A DNA stretch of 50,268 bases. Source: Gemmatimonadota bacterium. Lineage in GTDB: Bacteria; Gemmatimonadota; Gemmatimonadetes; Gemmatimonadales; GWC2-71-9. Under the pieces are notes generated by a model that searched no databases, was not told the origin of the DNA, and saw only the letters and a list, made by a program, of their open reading frames with translations. Positions within the stretch are counted from its first letter, which is position 1, and each line of letters opens with the position of its first letter. Position numbers and translations under genes: made by a program. Shown here one piece after another: positions 36,104-45,370 of this stretch. Location of the stretch: contig JBDHAB010000016.1 of NCBI GenBank assembly GCA_039588295.1, positions 1-50,268 on the forward strand. Direction: 5' to 3'.

Positions 36104-36927
36104 GCGGCGAAACGTTCCGCGATGGCGGTGAAGCGGAACTCCTGTAGCAGCCGTTTCAGCCGCGGCAGTGTCCGTTCCAGTCCCGTGTAATGGCGCAATC
36201 GGGTGAGGACGCCCGTCCGGACGCGCGGCTGCCCCGGATCGATCTCCCACGGATGCAGGTAGAACGTCGCGGGAAACTTCGCACGCTGCGCCTGGCGCAG
36301 CGCGGCGGCCACGAGCCCGTAGGGAAAGATGCGGAAGTACGCCCCACCACCCGCCGGGAGATTGCGCCCCAGCCAACGGAGCGTCGCTGGCGGGAACTCG
36401 GCCAGCCGGCCCTTCGGCCGCTCGATCCAGTGCGGCGTCCGAGCGCCAGCCACGTAGCCGTACCCGGGCCGCCGCACGGGAAACAGACTGGAATCGTAGC
36501 GGTAGCCTTCTTCGAGCAAGATGTCCAGGGCCCACTCCCGGCCCCGCACGATGGAAAAACTGGGTGCGCGGAACCCGAGCACCGCCCGGCCTGCGAGCTG
36601 CTCGAGGAGGTCCTTCGATATGCGCACGGACCGGCGGAACCGCTCCGGGGTCTGCTCGGTCACGCGCCGGTGATCCCAGCCGTGCGACGCGACCTCGTGT
36701 CCCCGCGCGGCGATCTCGCGGACCATGTCCGGCTGACGCTCCGCGAGCCACCCCAGCACGAAGAACGTACCGCGGGCCCCCTGATCGTCCAGGCAGTCCA
36801 GCAGGGCCCGGACGCAAGGATCCGCACGCCGCTCATAGCGCTCCCAGTCGGCGCGTGGGACCCAGCGCTCGAAGGCTGAGACCTGGAAGAACTCCTCGAC
36901 GTCCACTGTGAAGTAGTGCGCGGTCAC
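36100..36927 (-). CDS. XrtA-system polysaccharide deacetylase (DUF3473-containing)
   Basis: FTVDVEEFFQV, TFFVLGW, HEVASHG, GFRAPSFS, YDSSLFP, GGGAYFR, YLHPWEIDP. GTG start at 36927. Confidence 0.92.
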   Translation of the reverse strand: MTAHYFTVDVEEFFQVSAFERWVPRADWERYERRADPCVRALLDCLDDQGARGTFFVLGWLAERQPDMVREIAARGHEVASHGWDHRRVTEQTPERFRRSVRISKDLLEQLAGRAVLGFRAPSFSIVRGREWALDILLEEGYRYDSSLFPVRRPGYGYVAGARTPHWIERPKGRLAEFPPATLRWLGRNLPAGGGAYFRIFPYGLVAAALRQAQRAKFPATFYLHPWEIDPGQPRVRTGVLTRLRHYTGLERTLPRLKRLLQEFRFTAIAERFAA

Positions 36928-36991
36928 ACCGTCCCCCCAAAGTGCCAGGGCTGCCCTACCCCGGACCGGTCCACCGGGTGCGGGCCGACGG

Positions 36992-37114
36992 TGCAATCTC
37001 AACGCCCGGGAGCGCGGACCCTGCGGAACCCAGGGTATCCGCCGTAACCCTAAAGAGGAGAGTCGGTTACGTGATCCTTCACAAGCGCGGCTCGCCTGTT
37101 GCGAGAACGCAACA
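36992..37114 (-). promoter_or_regulatory. Sigma-54 promoter GGGCGTTGAGATTGCA (36992-37007) plus perfect enhancer TGTTGC-gagaac-GCAACA (37097-37114)
   Basis: GG-N10-GC with TTGCA, palindrome about 90 bp upstream, and GTAACC-N15-GGTTAC between them. Confidence 0.72.
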
Positions 37115-37215
37115 TATGCGGCGCGCCCGTGAAGCGGGCGCGCCAATTCGTAAATCGGCATTCCGCGGATGCCCGCCGGACGGGGGACAAGCCGCCAAGG
37201 GCCGGTCTTGGCCGT

Positions 37216-39003
37216 TCAGGGCCGGCCTGTGGCCAGCACGAGGTCGTCCACCCACATGTACTGGTCCGCGGGCGACCCGTCACCGATATAGGGCGTAATC
37301 AAGAACTGGTTGAATTTGAGCGTCGAGTTGGCCCCCGTCCGGAACAGCACGTTCGTGTGCTCGATCTTCAGGTTGCCATTGAGCCAGTACCGCACAACCC
37401 CATCAGTTTGCCCAGTCCCATCAGCGATGGTGTTGAGCTGGAAATACACCTCGACGTGGTTCCAGTCGCCTTTGTAGTCGAGGCCTGGACTATCCTGAAA
37501 CGCGACGCCCGGCGCCCACCACTCCTTCCCGTTGTACCACAGCCCACCCAGCGGGAAGCACGAGGTAATCCCTGTCCCGTCCGTGTTCCCGTTGCACCCC
37601 GCGACCGCCCGGTTCTCCGTCACCCCCGTGAGATCGACGTTGATGTTGTTCGTGTCGATCATCCTCGCATCCTGCATGCGCAACACAGGAATCCCACCAT
37701 TCTGGTAGTTCTGCTCGATGTACGCATAGAGATACGAGTACGTCAGGTTGCTGTACGGATCGTCACGGTTCGATGTGACGCCGAACTCGTGGGGCTGGTA
37801 CCCCTGGCCCGACCCCACGTAGTTCGGGCTGTACTTCACCCAGTAGCTGACGTACAGGGTCTCCGTCTCCGAGAACAGCCTGCGGATCGCGTTATGGGGA
37901 CTCGTTGATCCTTGCGGCCAATGAATCTCGAGGGCGCCCCCCCCACTGTGGTGTTCGGTCGTGGTAACCGTCGCCCTGGGTACGTCGTCGTACCACCCTC
38001 GTGCGCCGAGATTCGCATCCTCAAATCCCTCTGAGAAAAGCACCTGCCCCGATGCTCCCGTCACGGTCACCGTCGCGGCCCCGCTGTTCCCCTCGCTCGT
38101 CGCCGTGATCGTCGCCGTGCCGGCCCCCTGCGCCATTACGAGCCCATTCCCGCTCACCGTCGCCACCGCGCCGTCGGACGTCGACCAGCTCACCGTGCGG
38201 CCCGTCAACGCATTGCCGGCCGCATCCCGCGGCGTCGCCGTCAACTGCCCCGTCTGTCCTACCGACAAGCTCAGACCGCCTGGCGTCACCTCCACTGACG
38301 CCACCGGCGGGGGTGACGTGTCGGTCACGGTAACCTGCGCCGCGCCCGTCTGCCCTTCGCTCGTCGCCGTGACTGTCGCCCTCCCAGCCCCCTGCGCCGT
38401 CACCAGCCCGGCCCCGTTCACCGTGGCCACCGCGCCGTCGGAAGTCGACCAGCTCACCGTGCGGCCCGTCAACGCGTTGCCGTCCTTGTCTTTCGCCGTG
38501 GCCGTGAGCTGTGTTGTGCCACCCACCACCAACGCTGCCGTCACTGGCGTCACCTCTACTGCGGCCACTGGAATTTCGGTGACCGTGACCATCGTGCTGT
38601 CCGCGAGGGTGTCTGCCGTCGCCTTTACCTTGTCTCGGCCGTGCCCGCGGGGCTGGTACCGTGCCTGTCCCTTGCCATCGGGCCGCAGCTCGCCGTTCTG
38701 GGCCGACCAGACGACCTCAACGAGCGTCGTGTCCCCCAGCGCGGTGAGGCCAAACGCGACGAAGTCGATCGAGTCGCCCAGCTGGACGGTGGGATCCTGG
38801 GGCCACACACGCAGTTGGACGATGGTGGTCTCGTCTTGCGGACCGGTCGGAGGCGCTTGATCGGCGCAGCCCACCAGCAGCAGTGCGACCGCCACCGCCA
38901 CCTGCAGCCAGCGAGACGCAACACGGGCTGCTCGGGGGTGCGGTGTGGTTGGGGGGGACTCCTTGCGCGCCATCCGCTTGGCGCGTTTGCTCGTGTAGGG
39001 CAT
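37216..39003 (-). CDS. Lipoprotein with Ig-like (BIG2) repeats and a C-terminal jelly-roll / polysaccharide-lyase-like domain
   Basis: Lipobox-like LLLVGC, two clear BIG2 repeats (VA.VEVTP...QLTAT..D..GNALTGRTVSWSTSDGAVATV), then FSEGFED..YVSYWVKY..WNHVEVYFQLN..DGVVRYWLNG..WVDDLV. GGAGG SD before the ATG. Confidence 0.8.
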   Translation of the reverse strand: MPYTSKRAKRMARKESPPTTPHPRAARVASRWLQVAVAVALLLVGCADQAPPTGPQDETTIVQLRVWPQDPTVQLGDSIDFVAFGLTALGDTTLVEVVWSAQNGELRPDGKGQARYQPRGHGRDKVKATADTLADSTMVTVTEIPVAAVEVTPVTAALVVGGTTQLTATAKDKDGNALTGRTVSWSTSDGAVATVNGAGLVTAQGAGRATVTATSEGQTGAAQVTVTDTSPPPVASVEVTPGGLSLSVGQTGQLTATPRDAAGNALTGRTVSWSTSDGAVATVSGNGLVMAQGAGTATITATSEGNSGAATVTVTGASGQVLFSEGFEDANLGARGWYDDVPRATVTTTEHHSGGGALEIHWPQGSTSPHNAIRRLFSETETLYVSYWVKYSPNYVGSGQGYQPHEFGVTSNRDDPYSNLTYSYLYAYIEQNYQNGGIPVLRMQDARMIDTNNINVDLTGVTENRAVAGCNGNTDGTGITSCFPLGGLWYNGKEWWAPGVAFQDSPGLDYKGDWNHVEVYFQLNTIADGTGQTDGVVRYWLNGNLKIEHTNVLFRTGANSTLKFNQFLITPYIGDGSPADQYMWVDDLVLATGRP

Positions 39004-39353
39004 CGAACCTCCACAGAACGCCGGGCCACCGGCGCATCCGAATTCGCTGGCGGCCCGGCGAGCATGGCAGGTTCCTCCCTGCGGTAGCCCCGTGACTCTG
39101 CGTCACCGCCTTTCGACGGCTTTGCTCTGAGCAGCGGTGTCTACTCCCGGCGAGGAGCGGCGTACCGCACACACTCCCGGGGACTCGACCAAACATAACG
39201 CGCTCTACAGCGGCCTGTGTGCCCGCCATCACATTAGCCGCCACTAAGGGCCCGGACATCGGCACACTTCCGCCGTAGTAACGCACCGCCACGGGGCACT
39301 GAGCTACATTCCCGATTTGCCACGAGCCGACAAGCCCGGCCGCACGCGCCAAT

Positions 39354-39369
39354 GGGCCCGCAACTTGCG
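39354..39369 (+). promoter_or_regulatory. Candidate sigma-54 promoter of the methyltransferase
   Basis: GGGCCCGCAACTTGCG. A TGT-N12-ACA site (TGTGTG-N6-ATCACA) lies at 39216-39233. Confidence 0.5.
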
Positions 39370-39477
39370 CCAGAGGACTGCCGGTTCTATCGGGTTCGCG
39401 CGGTCTGGTGCTCCATCGCTGATACTGCCCATGACGCGCGCGACCACCACAGGTGTCAGGCCTCATGGAGCTCGATC

Positions 39478-40332
39478 ATGACGGAGAATGCAAAGGCGAG
39501 GGACTTCTTCCGCTCAGGGGGCCGTGACTATGACCGCGCGCACTATCAGGCGTCAACGCGGTCCTTCATTTCGGATCGTAATGCCCTACTCCTGGAGGTA
39601 CTCTCCCAGCTTCCACTGTCGAACGGAGCGTCGCTGCTCGAGGTCGGGTGCGGACCGGGGTATTTCCTCGCAGGGGCCTGGCGGCACTGCCCCTACGTTG
39701 TCGGAGTGGACACGTCTGCGGAGATGCTGGAGCTGAGTCGGACCCGACTTCCCGACTCGGCACTCCAGGTGTTGCGGCTTGTAGGGGGGAGCATCACCGC
39801 TCTGCCCTTTCCCGACAGTCACTTCCAAGTCGTGGTCAGTGCGGGCGTGCTCGAGTACATCCAGAACGGAACCATCCCACTGCGAGAGATACACCGCGTC
39901 CTGAGCCCGGGAGGGTTTGCGCTCCTTCCCATCACCAACAAACTTTCACCTGCCCTGGTGACGGCACGTCTACTCGATCGCCTCAAGCGGTGGCCCCTCA
40001 TCATGGAGCCCTTCAACCGGGCATGGACCCGCAAGGGCCGACCTCCCGTTCGCGCTCGGCACTTCCCAGTCCGGCTCGACACTCCATTTAGCCACCGGAA
40101 AGCGCTCCGGTCTGCAGGCTTCACCGTGGTGGCGGAGCACTTCTTTCACCTCGCTCCTCTGCCCCGTCCGGCGGAGCAGCTAGCTCCGAAGCTTACCACC
40201 AGGCTGCTTAATGCGACTGACGCCTTGCTACACACCCCTCTTCGGCTCCTCGCGGAGGGCCACTTGGCGGTGTGCACCAAGACCCGGGGGCCCGACACAC
40301 CTCTTGATGCACCTCCGGCCGACCCCTCGTGA
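39478..40332 (+). CDS. Class I SAM-dependent methyltransferase
   Basis: LLEVGCGPG, GVDTSAEML, LPFPDSHFQVV, GVLEY, RVLSPGG. Confidence 0.85.
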   Translation: MTENAKARDFFRSGGRDYDRAHYQASTRSFISDRNALLLEVLSQLPLSNGASLLEVGCGPGYFLAGAWRHCPYVVGVDTSAEMLELSRTRLPDSALQVLRLVGGSITALPFPDSHFQVVVSAGVLEYIQNGTIPLREIHRVLSPGGFALLPITNKLSPALVTARLLDRLKRWPLIMEPFNRAWTRKGRPPVRARHFPVRLDTPFSHRKALRSAGFTVVAEHFFHLAPLPRPAEQLAPKLTTRLLNATDALLHTPLRLLAEGHLAVCTKTRGPDTPLDAPPADPS

Positions 40333-40463
40333 GACCAATGGAGCACCGACAGCACCACCTCCGACGCTTCCCTGGCCTCGCGGTGACCGAACGCCGTCCC
40401 TGAGAAGAAGCGTAGGGCTCCGCGGCTCCCCAGGTCAGTGAGCCAGCCAGGTGCCGTTTCCTG

Positions 40464-40481
40464 TGTTGCGTGTACGCAATA
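40464..40481. promoter_or_regulatory. Enhancer-like palindrome TGTTGC-N6-GCAATA in a convergent gap
   Basis: tgttgc gtgtac gcaata. A minus-strand GG-N10-GC site TGGTGCTGTCGGTGCT lies at 40342-40357. Confidence 0.5.
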
Positions 40482-40491
40482 GTCCTTGGGG

Positions 40492-41604
40492 TCACTGGAG
40501 AGAGTAATACAGCTCCTCGTGCCGGCTGAGCCACAGCTCAGCCGAGTACTCCCTGTCGAGCCGCGCGGCCGCCAAGCGAGCGCGCTCGGTTGCCCGTGCC
40601 CCATCGCCGAGGCTGTCAGTGATCGCGCGGGCCAACGCCGCCGGGTCGCCCGGCTCCACCAGCAGGCCACCACCACTCCCCAGGACGTCAGGGATCCCAC
40701 CGACGCGGGTGGCTACCACCGGCACTTCGGCTGCCACCGCCTCAAGGAGGACCATCGGCGTCCCCTCGCTCGTCGATGTCATGACAAACACGTCGAAGGC
40801 GCGAAACATGGTTCCCGCATCCGGCACCGTTCCACAGAAGGTGACCTGCGGTCCAACCCCCAACGCCTCGGCACGCTGCTCGAGGGCTTGTCGCTCCGGT
40901 CCATCTCCCACGAGGGCGACGTGAAGGGCGGGATGGTCAATGAGTCGCACTGCGTCCACCAAAGTCTCTACCGCCTTCACCGGGATGAGCCGGCCCACCC
41001 ACCCAGCGACAGCCCAGCTGTCCTGCAATCCCAGCGCCTGGCGCGCTTCGGCGCGGCCCAGCAGCACGCCTCCGCGTTCGCGCGCGTTTGGAATCAAGTG
41101 GAGTCGCTGCGGGCCCACCCACCGCCCCGCCGCCGAGGTCACCAGCGCCCGTGACACGGCTACGACCGCATCGAATCGACGCAGGCTCAGCAACTGCACC
41201 CACTCGTACACTCGGCTTCTCCCGCCAAACCGGCTGGAGCCGTGCAACGTCGTGACAATGGGATGCCCGGCGCGCTTCGCGACCATGGCGTCGAGGAGAT
41301 CCGATCGGTGGCCGTGGCTGTGCACGACATCGGGGCGAACCTCGTCATACAGCTCCCGGAAGAGGCGCCACTCCTCGCGGTAGGCTCGGGCAGGAAGGCG
41401 AAAGACCCTCAAGTCCACATCCGTGTCGCCGAATGCGTGTAGAAACGTCGTGGGGTCGCGGTCCGGCTCGACTACCGCGGCAACGACCACCCGGTGTCCC
41501 CGTCGTTGCAACCCGCAGGCAAGTCCGGCGACGACGGTCTCGAGCCCCCCGACCTCGCCGGGGGCCGCTGCGAAGACGATGGACAGGGCTGAGCGGTCTG
41601 CCAC
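40492..41604 (-). CDS. Glycosyltransferase family 4
   Basis: GGLE, DVVHSH, TTLHG, IPNA, VGRLIPVK, EGTPMVLLEA, ATRVGGIP. Start taken as GTG 41604. Confidence 0.9.
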   Translation of the reverse strand: MADRSALSIVFAAAPGEVGGLETVVAGLACGLQRRGHRVVVAAVVEPDRDPTTFLHAFGDTDVDLRVFRLPARAYREEWRLFRELYDEVRPDVVHSHGHRSDLLDAMVAKRAGHPIVTTLHGSSRFGGRSRVYEWVQLLSLRRFDAVVAVSRALVTSAAGRWVGPQRLHLIPNARERGGVLLGRAEARQALGLQDSWAVAGWVGRLIPVKAVETLVDAVRLIDHPALHVALVGDGPERQALEQRAEALGVGPQVTFCGTVPDAGTMFRAFDVFVMTSTSEGTPMVLLEAVAAEVPVVATRVGGIPDVLGSGGGLLVEPGDPAALARAITDSLGDGARATERARLAAARLDREYSAELWLSRHEELYYSLQ

Positions 41605-41615
41605 CGGTCCCCGCG

Positions 41616-42671
41616 TCAGCAGTACCGGTGGTGCCTGAGCCACGCCCCGACGAAAGCGAGTCCCGCCGTCATCGACGTGTTCGGGCGAACCCCCATGGCA
41701 CTTACCGCCCTTTCCCCGGAGAAGTGCACGCGCCGTTGGTAGAATTCGAATTCGTTCATCGTCGGCGTCTGCCGAATGGTCGCCTCCGCCCCACGCATCA
41801 CCCGGCGCACCAGGGCGTTCTTCTTGTACAAACTCAGAATCGGATCGCGAAAGCGCTCCAGCAAGAACTTTGCGCTCTTGCGAACCGGCATCATGCTTGC
41901 GGCGGCCGCGCGCGCCGTCACACGGTTCTGCACTCGCAGCGCCGGGAACCCTGCGGCACGGTTGAGCGCGACGAAGTAGTCCTGCCAGGTCACGGTGTCC
42001 GGTCCGTTCACGATGAACGTCCCACCCGCAGTCCTCGGATGTTGCAGCCCCACTCGAATCGCGGCAACCAGATCGTCGACGTACAGCAGATTGCACGAGC
42101 CCTGACAATCCTCGGGAGGAAGCATCCATCGCCCCCCCCGCATCCGCGCTACGAACTCGACGACCCAACTCTCACTGAACGGGCCATATACGATCGGCGG
42201 GCGCAGGACGACAACAGGTACCCCTCGCTCACTGAAACCGCTGCAGACCCGCTCGGCTTCGAGCTTGGCAGCACCGTACGCGCTTGCGCCAGGGTCGACC
42301 GGCGAGTCCTCGGTGACGGTTCCCTCGACATCGCCGAACACCGCAACCGAACTCAGGTAGACGACCCGGTGAATGCGATGACGCTCCGCGGCTTCCAGCA
42401 CGTGGCGTGTCCCTTCGATGTCCACGTCGGCCCCGCCAGTGGCGCAGTGCACGATGTGCGTCGCACCGCGCACGCAGGCATCGACTTCCTCTGCCTTGGT
42501 GAGATCGCACAACCGAATCTCGATCGGCTGGCGCGCGATTCTGACGGCGCTCGCCCACCGACGCACGGCCCCCACCACGGTGGCCTGGCCGGACCTGTGC
42601 AGGACTTCGACAACTCGCCCGCCGATGAATCCTCCGGCTCCAGTCACCACCACCTTCGGGAGGTCAGGCAC
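41616..42671 (-). CDS. NAD-dependent epimerase/dehydratase
   Basis: VTGAGGFIG, LSSVAVFG, YGAAK, LRPPIVYGP, LYVDDLV. Confidence 0.9.
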   Translation of the reverse strand: MPDLPKVVVTGAGGFIGGRVVEVLHRSGQATVVGAVRRWASAVRIARQPIEIRLCDLTKAEEVDACVRGATHIVHCATGGADVDIEGTRHVLEAAERHRIHRVVYLSSVAVFGDVEGTVTEDSPVDPGASAYGAAKLEAERVCSGFSERGVPVVVLRPPIVYGPFSESWVVEFVARMRGGRWMLPPEDCQGSCNLLYVDDLVAAIRVGLQHPRTAGGTFIVNGPDTVTWQDYFVALNRAAGFPALRVQNRVTARAAAASMMPVRKSAKFLLERFRDPILSLYKKNALVRRVMRGAEATIRQTPTMNEFEFYQRRVHFSGERAVSAMGVRPNTSMTAGLAFVGAWLRHHRYC

Positions 42672-43743
42672 CTGGAACCTCCAGGCTCGCGTCCAGCCAC
42701 GGCATTTGGTATTGCTCGCGGCGGGTGTAGCAGTCTTCGATCATGGCGATGGAGTCCATCACCGCGGCCCCTGACACCACCGGCTCAGCCTCGCCACACA
42801 GCACCGCCAGGAAATTCGCCATCACCTCTACGCCGAAGTCTGCAGGATCACGAGCAGCCGTTCTGAGATGGACCCGCCGCCGTCGTCCCCGTTGGTCCCG
42901 CAGTGTGACAGATCGCCAGTCAAACAACCCGCCCTCAACCGACCCGGCGCTGCCGTCGATCCGGTAACCGTTCTCGTAGCGCGAGAGCCAGCTCAAATGC
43001 ACCTCTCCATCGCACTGGGAGTGTTTGAAGTACACGCTCGCGACGGCCTCGATTCCGCCGCACGAGTCGTCCTCGTACCGGGTGATGGCCGGTCGACCGC
43101 CAAGCCACCAGCACACCAAATCGAGTGCGTGCGCGCCTTTGTCGAACAAGACGCCACGCCGACCTCCGCCTGCTCCCACGTAGAAGCCCGTTGCTGCAGG
43201 CCAGTCAAACTTCTCCCCCATGAGGAAACGCAATCCCTGAGGTTTGCCGATCGCCCCATCCTGAATCAGCTCGCGAACCTTGCGACAGGAAGGGTAGAAC
43301 CGCATGGTGTTGTTGACGGCTAAGGCCACGCCCTGCGTCTGCGCCGTCTCCACCAGCTCCCGGACCTGGTCTGCGGACTCCGCAACCGGCTTCTCGCTCA
43401 GCACGTGACGCCCTCGTCGGAGCGCATCCACTGCAATCGGATAATGCAGGTGATTCGGGACCGTCAAGACGATGCCGTCGACGTGGTCGAGCACCTCTCG
43501 GTAGTTCGTCGCCGTCGCAGCGGCTCCGAACTTGGCAGCCAAACGTTCAGCGCGCGCGGAATCCGGATCGACGAGCACGGTCTGGCGCATCACGGCGGGC
43601 TCGCGCGCAAGTGCTGGGAGATGGAACATCTCCGCAATCGCGCCGCATCCAACAACGGCAACTCTCGGCACGCCCCCGTCCCGCGCCGCCTTCATGTTCA
43701 AATCGCTCTGTTCGCGAACGGCCTCATCCGCCTGTACACTCAT
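42664..43743 (-). CDS. Gfo/Idh/MocA family oxidoreductase
   Basis: VVGCGAIA, PNHLH, HVLSEKP, GVLFDKGAHALD. Confidence 0.9.
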   Translation of the reverse strand: MSVQADEAVREQSDLNMKAARDGGVPRVAVVGCGAIAEMFHLPALAREPAVMRQTVLVDPDSARAERLAAKFGAAATATNYREVLDHVDGIVLTVPNHLHYPIAVDALRRGRHVLSEKPVAESADQVRELVETAQTQGVALAVNNTMRFYPSCRKVRELIQDGAIGKPQGLRFLMGEKFDWPAATGFYVGAGGGRRGVLFDKGAHALDLVCWWLGGRPAITRYEDDSCGGIEAVASVYFKHSQCDGEVHLSWLSRYENGYRIDGSAGSVEGGLFDWRSVTLRDQRGRRRRVHLRTAARDPADFGVEVMANFLAVLCGEAEPVVSGAAVMDSIAMIEDCYTRREQYQMPWLDASLEVPGA

Positions 43744-43814
43744 TCACACCACCCTACCGGGTTGATGACACCTGCCTGATCTTTCCTGATCTTTGACGAT
43801 ACTAGAGACACGAG

Positions 43815-43830
43815 TGCAGGTCCTGTGCCA
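43815..43830 (-). promoter_or_regulatory. Sigma-54 promoter, consensus match
   Basis: Minus strand TGGCACAGGACCTGCA, about 70 nt before ATG 43743. Confidence 0.78.
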
Positions 43831-43913
43831 CCGACAGGACGATGAGCCACTCGCCAGCCCGGTCTCCCAACGGCCGTCGGCAGCGGCGCACCGGCGCACC
43901 CACCGGTGATGAA

Positions 43914-45095
43914 TCAGCGAAGAAATTTGAACCGCCGAAGCGTCTCCACGAGAAACGGACCCGGGTCTTGGAACCGTAGGACCTCACAGCGATCGCGCCC
44001 GGGAACGTGGCGCACGGTTCGCACGACTGTTCCGACGAGAACTCGGAATGCCGACTCCGTGGGTTCGCGTAGCTTGACCCTAAGATACGTGTGATCCACC
44101 TCCCCCCACAGCCACCGACTGCGGATCCCCACCCGATATTGTCGGAGAGCAGATGGATGCTCCCCGAGCACACACTCGACCAGCAGGCGCGGGAAGTCTA
44201 CCCCAGCGTCGATCGCCAGCTGGAGCGAGCCCCAGAACCGCGCATTCACCTCAATCACGTAGTACATCCCGGTGCGTGCCTCTCGCTTGCACTCGACCAT
44301 CGCGACTCCTTCCCAGCCAAGTGCCTCCAGGAGTCGTGATCCCGCAGCGGCCAGTTCCGGATCCAGGGCGATCGACTCGCGATACACGCTCACGCCACCA
44401 CTTGGTGGTTTCTCCCGCAGTCGCCGGTGGGCAAACATGGCGCGAACCTTCCCATCCCAGCGCAGCGCGAAGAAGCCGACACCAGGACCGGCGATTCGCC
44501 GTTGCACGAGCACCGGGAACGCCTCCTCCGGCAACTCGGAAAGCAGGCACCGACCCTCCTCGACTGTCCCGACCCTCACGACATTGAGACGACGCTGCGA
44601 CCGGCCCGTCCATACGACCGAACGGTGTGGCTTCAGGACCCCCGGCAGCAGGGGTGCAAGCTCAACGTGCCGTGCATCGTCCGGGGTTGGGATTACGCTG
44701 GACTCGGGAACGCCGAGACCTGCGGCGCGTGCCAAAGGAAGAAGGCCCACCTTGTCCGAAGCCCGCTGGAAGGCCTCGAAGGGCGGAAATGGCACCGTGC
44801 ACCCGTCCGGGACACACCTCGGGTGCGCGAGAACCGCCGACACCGCCGAATCTGAAATGGGTAACAGGATACGCGCACCGATTCGGCCGACCAAGTCCCC
44901 AATAGCGTCAGCGAACTCGGCGGGTTGCGCCACGGGATCCTCCACGACAAGGTGCTCGCGGACCCCCCGTGAGACTCCCGCCAGTGATCGCCGCACTGCG
45001 GCGGCGACATGCACGTCGTGTCCACTCGCCATCAACGATCGACAGCTTGCGAGCGCCGCACGCTCCAGGCCGTCGGTTATCAGGATTCTCGTCAT
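43914..45095 (-). CDS. ATP-grasp domain protein
   Basis: ILITDG..RAAL, DKVGL...A...G..VP, VLKP, LVQRRI.G, HRRLREKPPSGGVS, GVAMVE, IEVNARFWGSL..A..AGVDFP. Confidence 0.88.
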   Translation of the reverse strand: MTRILITDGLERAALASCRSLMASGHDVHVAAAVRRSLAGVSRGVREHLVVEDPVAQPAEFADAIGDLVGRIGARILLPISDSAVSAVLAHPRCVPDGCTVPFPPFEAFQRASDKVGLLPLARAAGLGVPESSVIPTPDDARHVELAPLLPGVLKPHRSVVWTGRSQRRLNVVRVGTVEEGRCLLSELPEEAFPVLVQRRIAGPGVGFFALRWDGKVRAMFAHRRLREKPPSGGVSVYRESIALDPELAAAGSRLLEALGWEGVAMVECKREARTGMYYVIEVNARFWGSLQLAIDAGVDFPRLLVECVLGEHPSALRQYRVGIRSRWLWGEVDHTYLRVKLREPTESAFRVLVGTVVRTVRHVPGRDRCEVLRFQDPGPFLVETLRRFKFLR

Positions 45096-45178
45096 TCGCT
45101 CCTTCCGTCTACCCCACCCGCCACCCCACCGTGTCGATCATAAGCGCTCTTGGTGAGAAGGGCTCAACAGAGCCAAGT

Positions 45179-45295
45179 TGTTGCGCTCGCGCAACAGTGG
45201 TGGATGATCCGTCATCTCCGTGGTTTTCAGAGCGTTTGTCTGACAGCGACAGACTCGCAGTGAACCTCGCGACCCGCCTTGGCGTCGATCTTGCA
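45179..45295 (+). promoter_or_regulatory. Perfect enhancer TGTTGC-gctcgc-GCAACA (45179-45196) plus sigma-54 promoter TGGCGTCGATCTTGCA (45280-45295)
   Basis: Near-consensus -24/-12 site with the palindrome about 84 bp upstream. Confidence 0.78.
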
Positions 45296-45370
45296 CCCGC
45301 CCGGTGCAGCACGCCGTGGTCTGGTGCTCCGACGGCGATGCCCGTCATGTGACCAGGATTGAGACCACCA

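Noticed and set aside
38041..38580. Tandem ~260-bp repeats as a mobile or DGR repeat
   Set aside because: They are coding BIG2 domain repeats whose differences are not adenine-specific.
39061..39076. Minus-strand AGGAACCTGCCATGCT as the sigma-54 promoter of the Ig lipoprotein
   Set aside because: GG-N10-GC spacing is right, but the match is weak and no good enhancer lies at the usual distance; left uncalled.
41433..42866. Long antisense or alternate-frame ORFs (for example 41433-42866 +, 31690-32805 +, 27543-28646 -, 4199-5128 +)
   Set aside because: Shadow ORFs typical of high-GC DNA; they overlap well-supported genes and carry no family motifs.
45292..45308. TGCACC-N5-GGTGCA, an NtrC-like nitrogen box
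   Set aside because: Single occurrence overlapping the -12 element of the sigma-54 site; not enough support to call.
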